Assembly: GCA_002104905.1 (NCBI GenBank)
Contig: MCFE01000707.1
Coordinates: forward strand, 1 to 43,290
Source: Basidiobolus meristosporus CBS 931.73
Lineage: Eukaryota > Fungi > Basidiobolomycota
DNA: 43,290 bases
Reading direction: 5' to 3'
Position numbers and translations under genes: made by a program. Of the stretch, positions 41,501 to 43,290 are shown piece by piece. The stretch's first letter is position 1. Each line of letters starts with the position of its first letter. Below the pieces are notes generated by a model, which made no database searches, was not told the DNA's origin, and saw only the letters and a list, made by a program, of their open reading frames with translations.

Positions 41501-43272
41501 GCTCTTGAACGGTTGTCTGGCTTGTTTCCCATATATGCAGGCTTCACAGTGCTCCAAATTAGCTGGGGGATCAATTTTCACTCCAGAAATTAGCTGATCT
41601 TTGATCATTTTGCGCAAATAATCAAAATTGATGTGTCCAAATCTCCTGTGCCAAAGCATTGGTGTTTCTTCATTTAAGTTACTTATATTGGCTTCCAGAT
41701 ATGATGGAATATAAGTCAACTTGTATAGATTCTGATCTCTGATGCCCAAAGCAATATGGGCACCATTTTGATCAGTGATCCTGCATCCAGAATTGTCAAA
41801 ACTGAAACTGAGTCCTTCTGCTGTGGCCTTGCTTACAGAGAGTAGGTTCTTGGCTATTTCTGGTACATAGAGTACTTCTTTAAAGGTCAGTGTATGGCTT
41901 CCTTCACTGCTTCTAAGGTTTACTTGGATAGTTCCTTCTCCCACTGCATCAAGTGTTCTATTGTCACCCATGAAAACCTTCTTAATTGGAATTTCTTGAT
42001 ATTGGGTAAAAAGTTCTTTTTGGTGTGTAAAGTGTTGAGAAGCTCCAGAGTCAATATACCACGTCTGAGAATCCTTGTTTGTGGTCATATTTAGTGCAGA
42101 TATGAATAGTCTATCTTCAGTTGTTGCAGCATTTCCATATTCAGGCTTCTTTTGCTGATAATCTCTCTTTTTGAAACACCGGTCTGATGTGTGTCCTTTC
42201 CTTTTGCAGTAGTTGCAAAATAGGTTGCTGTTGCCTTTGTAGGGTCTTGGGTACCTCCTTTGTTGGTTATCATTGCTTATTAAAGCATTTTCTTCTTCCT
42301 TCTTATTGGCGCTTGATTTTCTTAATTCTTCATCCAGGAGCCTTCCATATACGTAATTTAAGGTCAAATCTTCAGTTCTGGACTCTAGGGCTGATACAAG
42401 GCCCTGAAACTTGTCTGTCAGGCTATTCAGGATGGTAACTATCACATCCTCATCAGTAGTTGGTACGCCCACAGATTCCATCTCATCTACCAGCAGGGTA
42501 ATTCTGTTAATTAGATTTTTCATTTCTTCTCCTGGCAGCATCTTTGTAGTAAAGAATTTTCTTCTCAGATACATTTTCTTGGCAGCTGAACATGACTGGT
42601 AGGTGTCTTCTAATGCTTTCCAGGCATTCTTTGCCGTTTTTGCTCTTGAGCATTGAATTAGCAATTTGTCCTTGACATTAAGGCAAATGCAGTTAAAGGC
42701 ACTTTGTTCTTTCTTCTGGTACTTTAAGGCTTCCTCTCCCACGTTTTTAGGAGGGCATTCTTCTCCCATGACAATATCCCAAAGGCCTCTTTCTTGTAGC
42801 AGCATCTTCATCTTCACCTTCCACACTTGGTAGTTAGATCCATCCAACTTTTCAGCAGAGGGAAAAATTCCAGTAATAGCAGTAGTAGACATTGCAGAGA
42901 GTGACAGCTTGGGGCTCATAACCTGTTGTAAGAGTCTTGGAGATATTGGAAGTGATTGGGAGAACAAGTAGATTATGTGGTTTTCACTTAATGATTTATT
43001 GAATGTAAAAGTAGTATTTATACTTTTACCTGGTCTTGGCATTACAAACACGTAGAATAGGTTAAGGAAGGTCCCAAGAACATGTGTGCAAAGTTTGGGG
43101 CTGTTTGGACAACTTTGAGAATTTTCATGTTCTGGGTACCTGGTATTTTGGTGAAAATATTCTAAGTAAATCCCGACAAGGAATTTGGTCAGTATTCTCT
43201 AGGATTTGAAGGTGATGATCTAAGTGACTAAGTTAGGTGAATATTTAGGTGGAAATACAAATTTTTACAACA
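38583..43272 (-). mobile_element. Copy A: full-length Ty1/copia LTR retrotransposon (4690 bp; LTRs 38583-38933 and 42924-43272)
   Basis: LTRs end in TGTTGTAA/TTACAACA and differ at about 4 positions. PBS GGTTATGAGCCCC at 42911-42923; PPT GAGTGGGAG at 38934-38942. Confidence 0.97.
38945..42919 (-). CDS. Gag-Pol polyprotein of copy A (single ORF, with three 1-bp insertions near 39285-39435)
   Basis: CNYCKRKGHTSDRC, WYIDSGASQH, LWHRRFGH..CEAC, HSDLCGP, RSDNGGEY, MDVKTAFLNG, LYGLKQ, YVDDL and ADIFTK. The real start is probably ATG 42919 or 42892, not the GTG inside the LTR used by the ORF track. Confidence 0.9.
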
Positions 43273-43290
43273 CTATATATTTAAGGTCAA

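Noticed and set aside
42920-43051. ORF-track N-terminus MFVMPRPGKS.. of the 1215-aa ORF
   Set aside because: It starts at a GTG inside the LTR; treated as an LTR frame, not the Gag start.

Overview
Intron-rich fungal genomic DNA. The housekeeping proteins look early-diverging (Mucoromycota-like), but that is an inference. There are three zones. (1) 1-7.0 kb: a divergently transcribed pair. One gene is a multi-intron reducing type I PKS (KS-AT-DH-cMT, minus strand, running off the left edge) whose dehydratase catalytic His is replaced by Tyr. The other is an intronless SABATH-family carboxyl methyltransferase. They share a 434-bp promoter containing a perfect 18-bp palindrome and a CRE site. 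(2) 9-30 kb: copia LTR relics, then housekeeping or conserved genes (NAA10/ARD1, GYP7-like Rab-GAP, TRIC-like membrane protein, calcineurin A, DUF4211-like protein, a multi-pass membrane protein, a hypothetical protein) and a possible pseudogene. (3) 31.9-43.3 kb: a nest of one Ty1/copia family with a Ty5-type half-tRNAiMet PBS that has repeatedly inserted into itself. It contains a full-length copy A inside the gag of copy B, B inside the RNase H of copy C, a tandem unit sharing an LTR, and an opposite-strand decayed copy carrying a solo LTR. Coordinates were counted by hand and splice sites are inferred.
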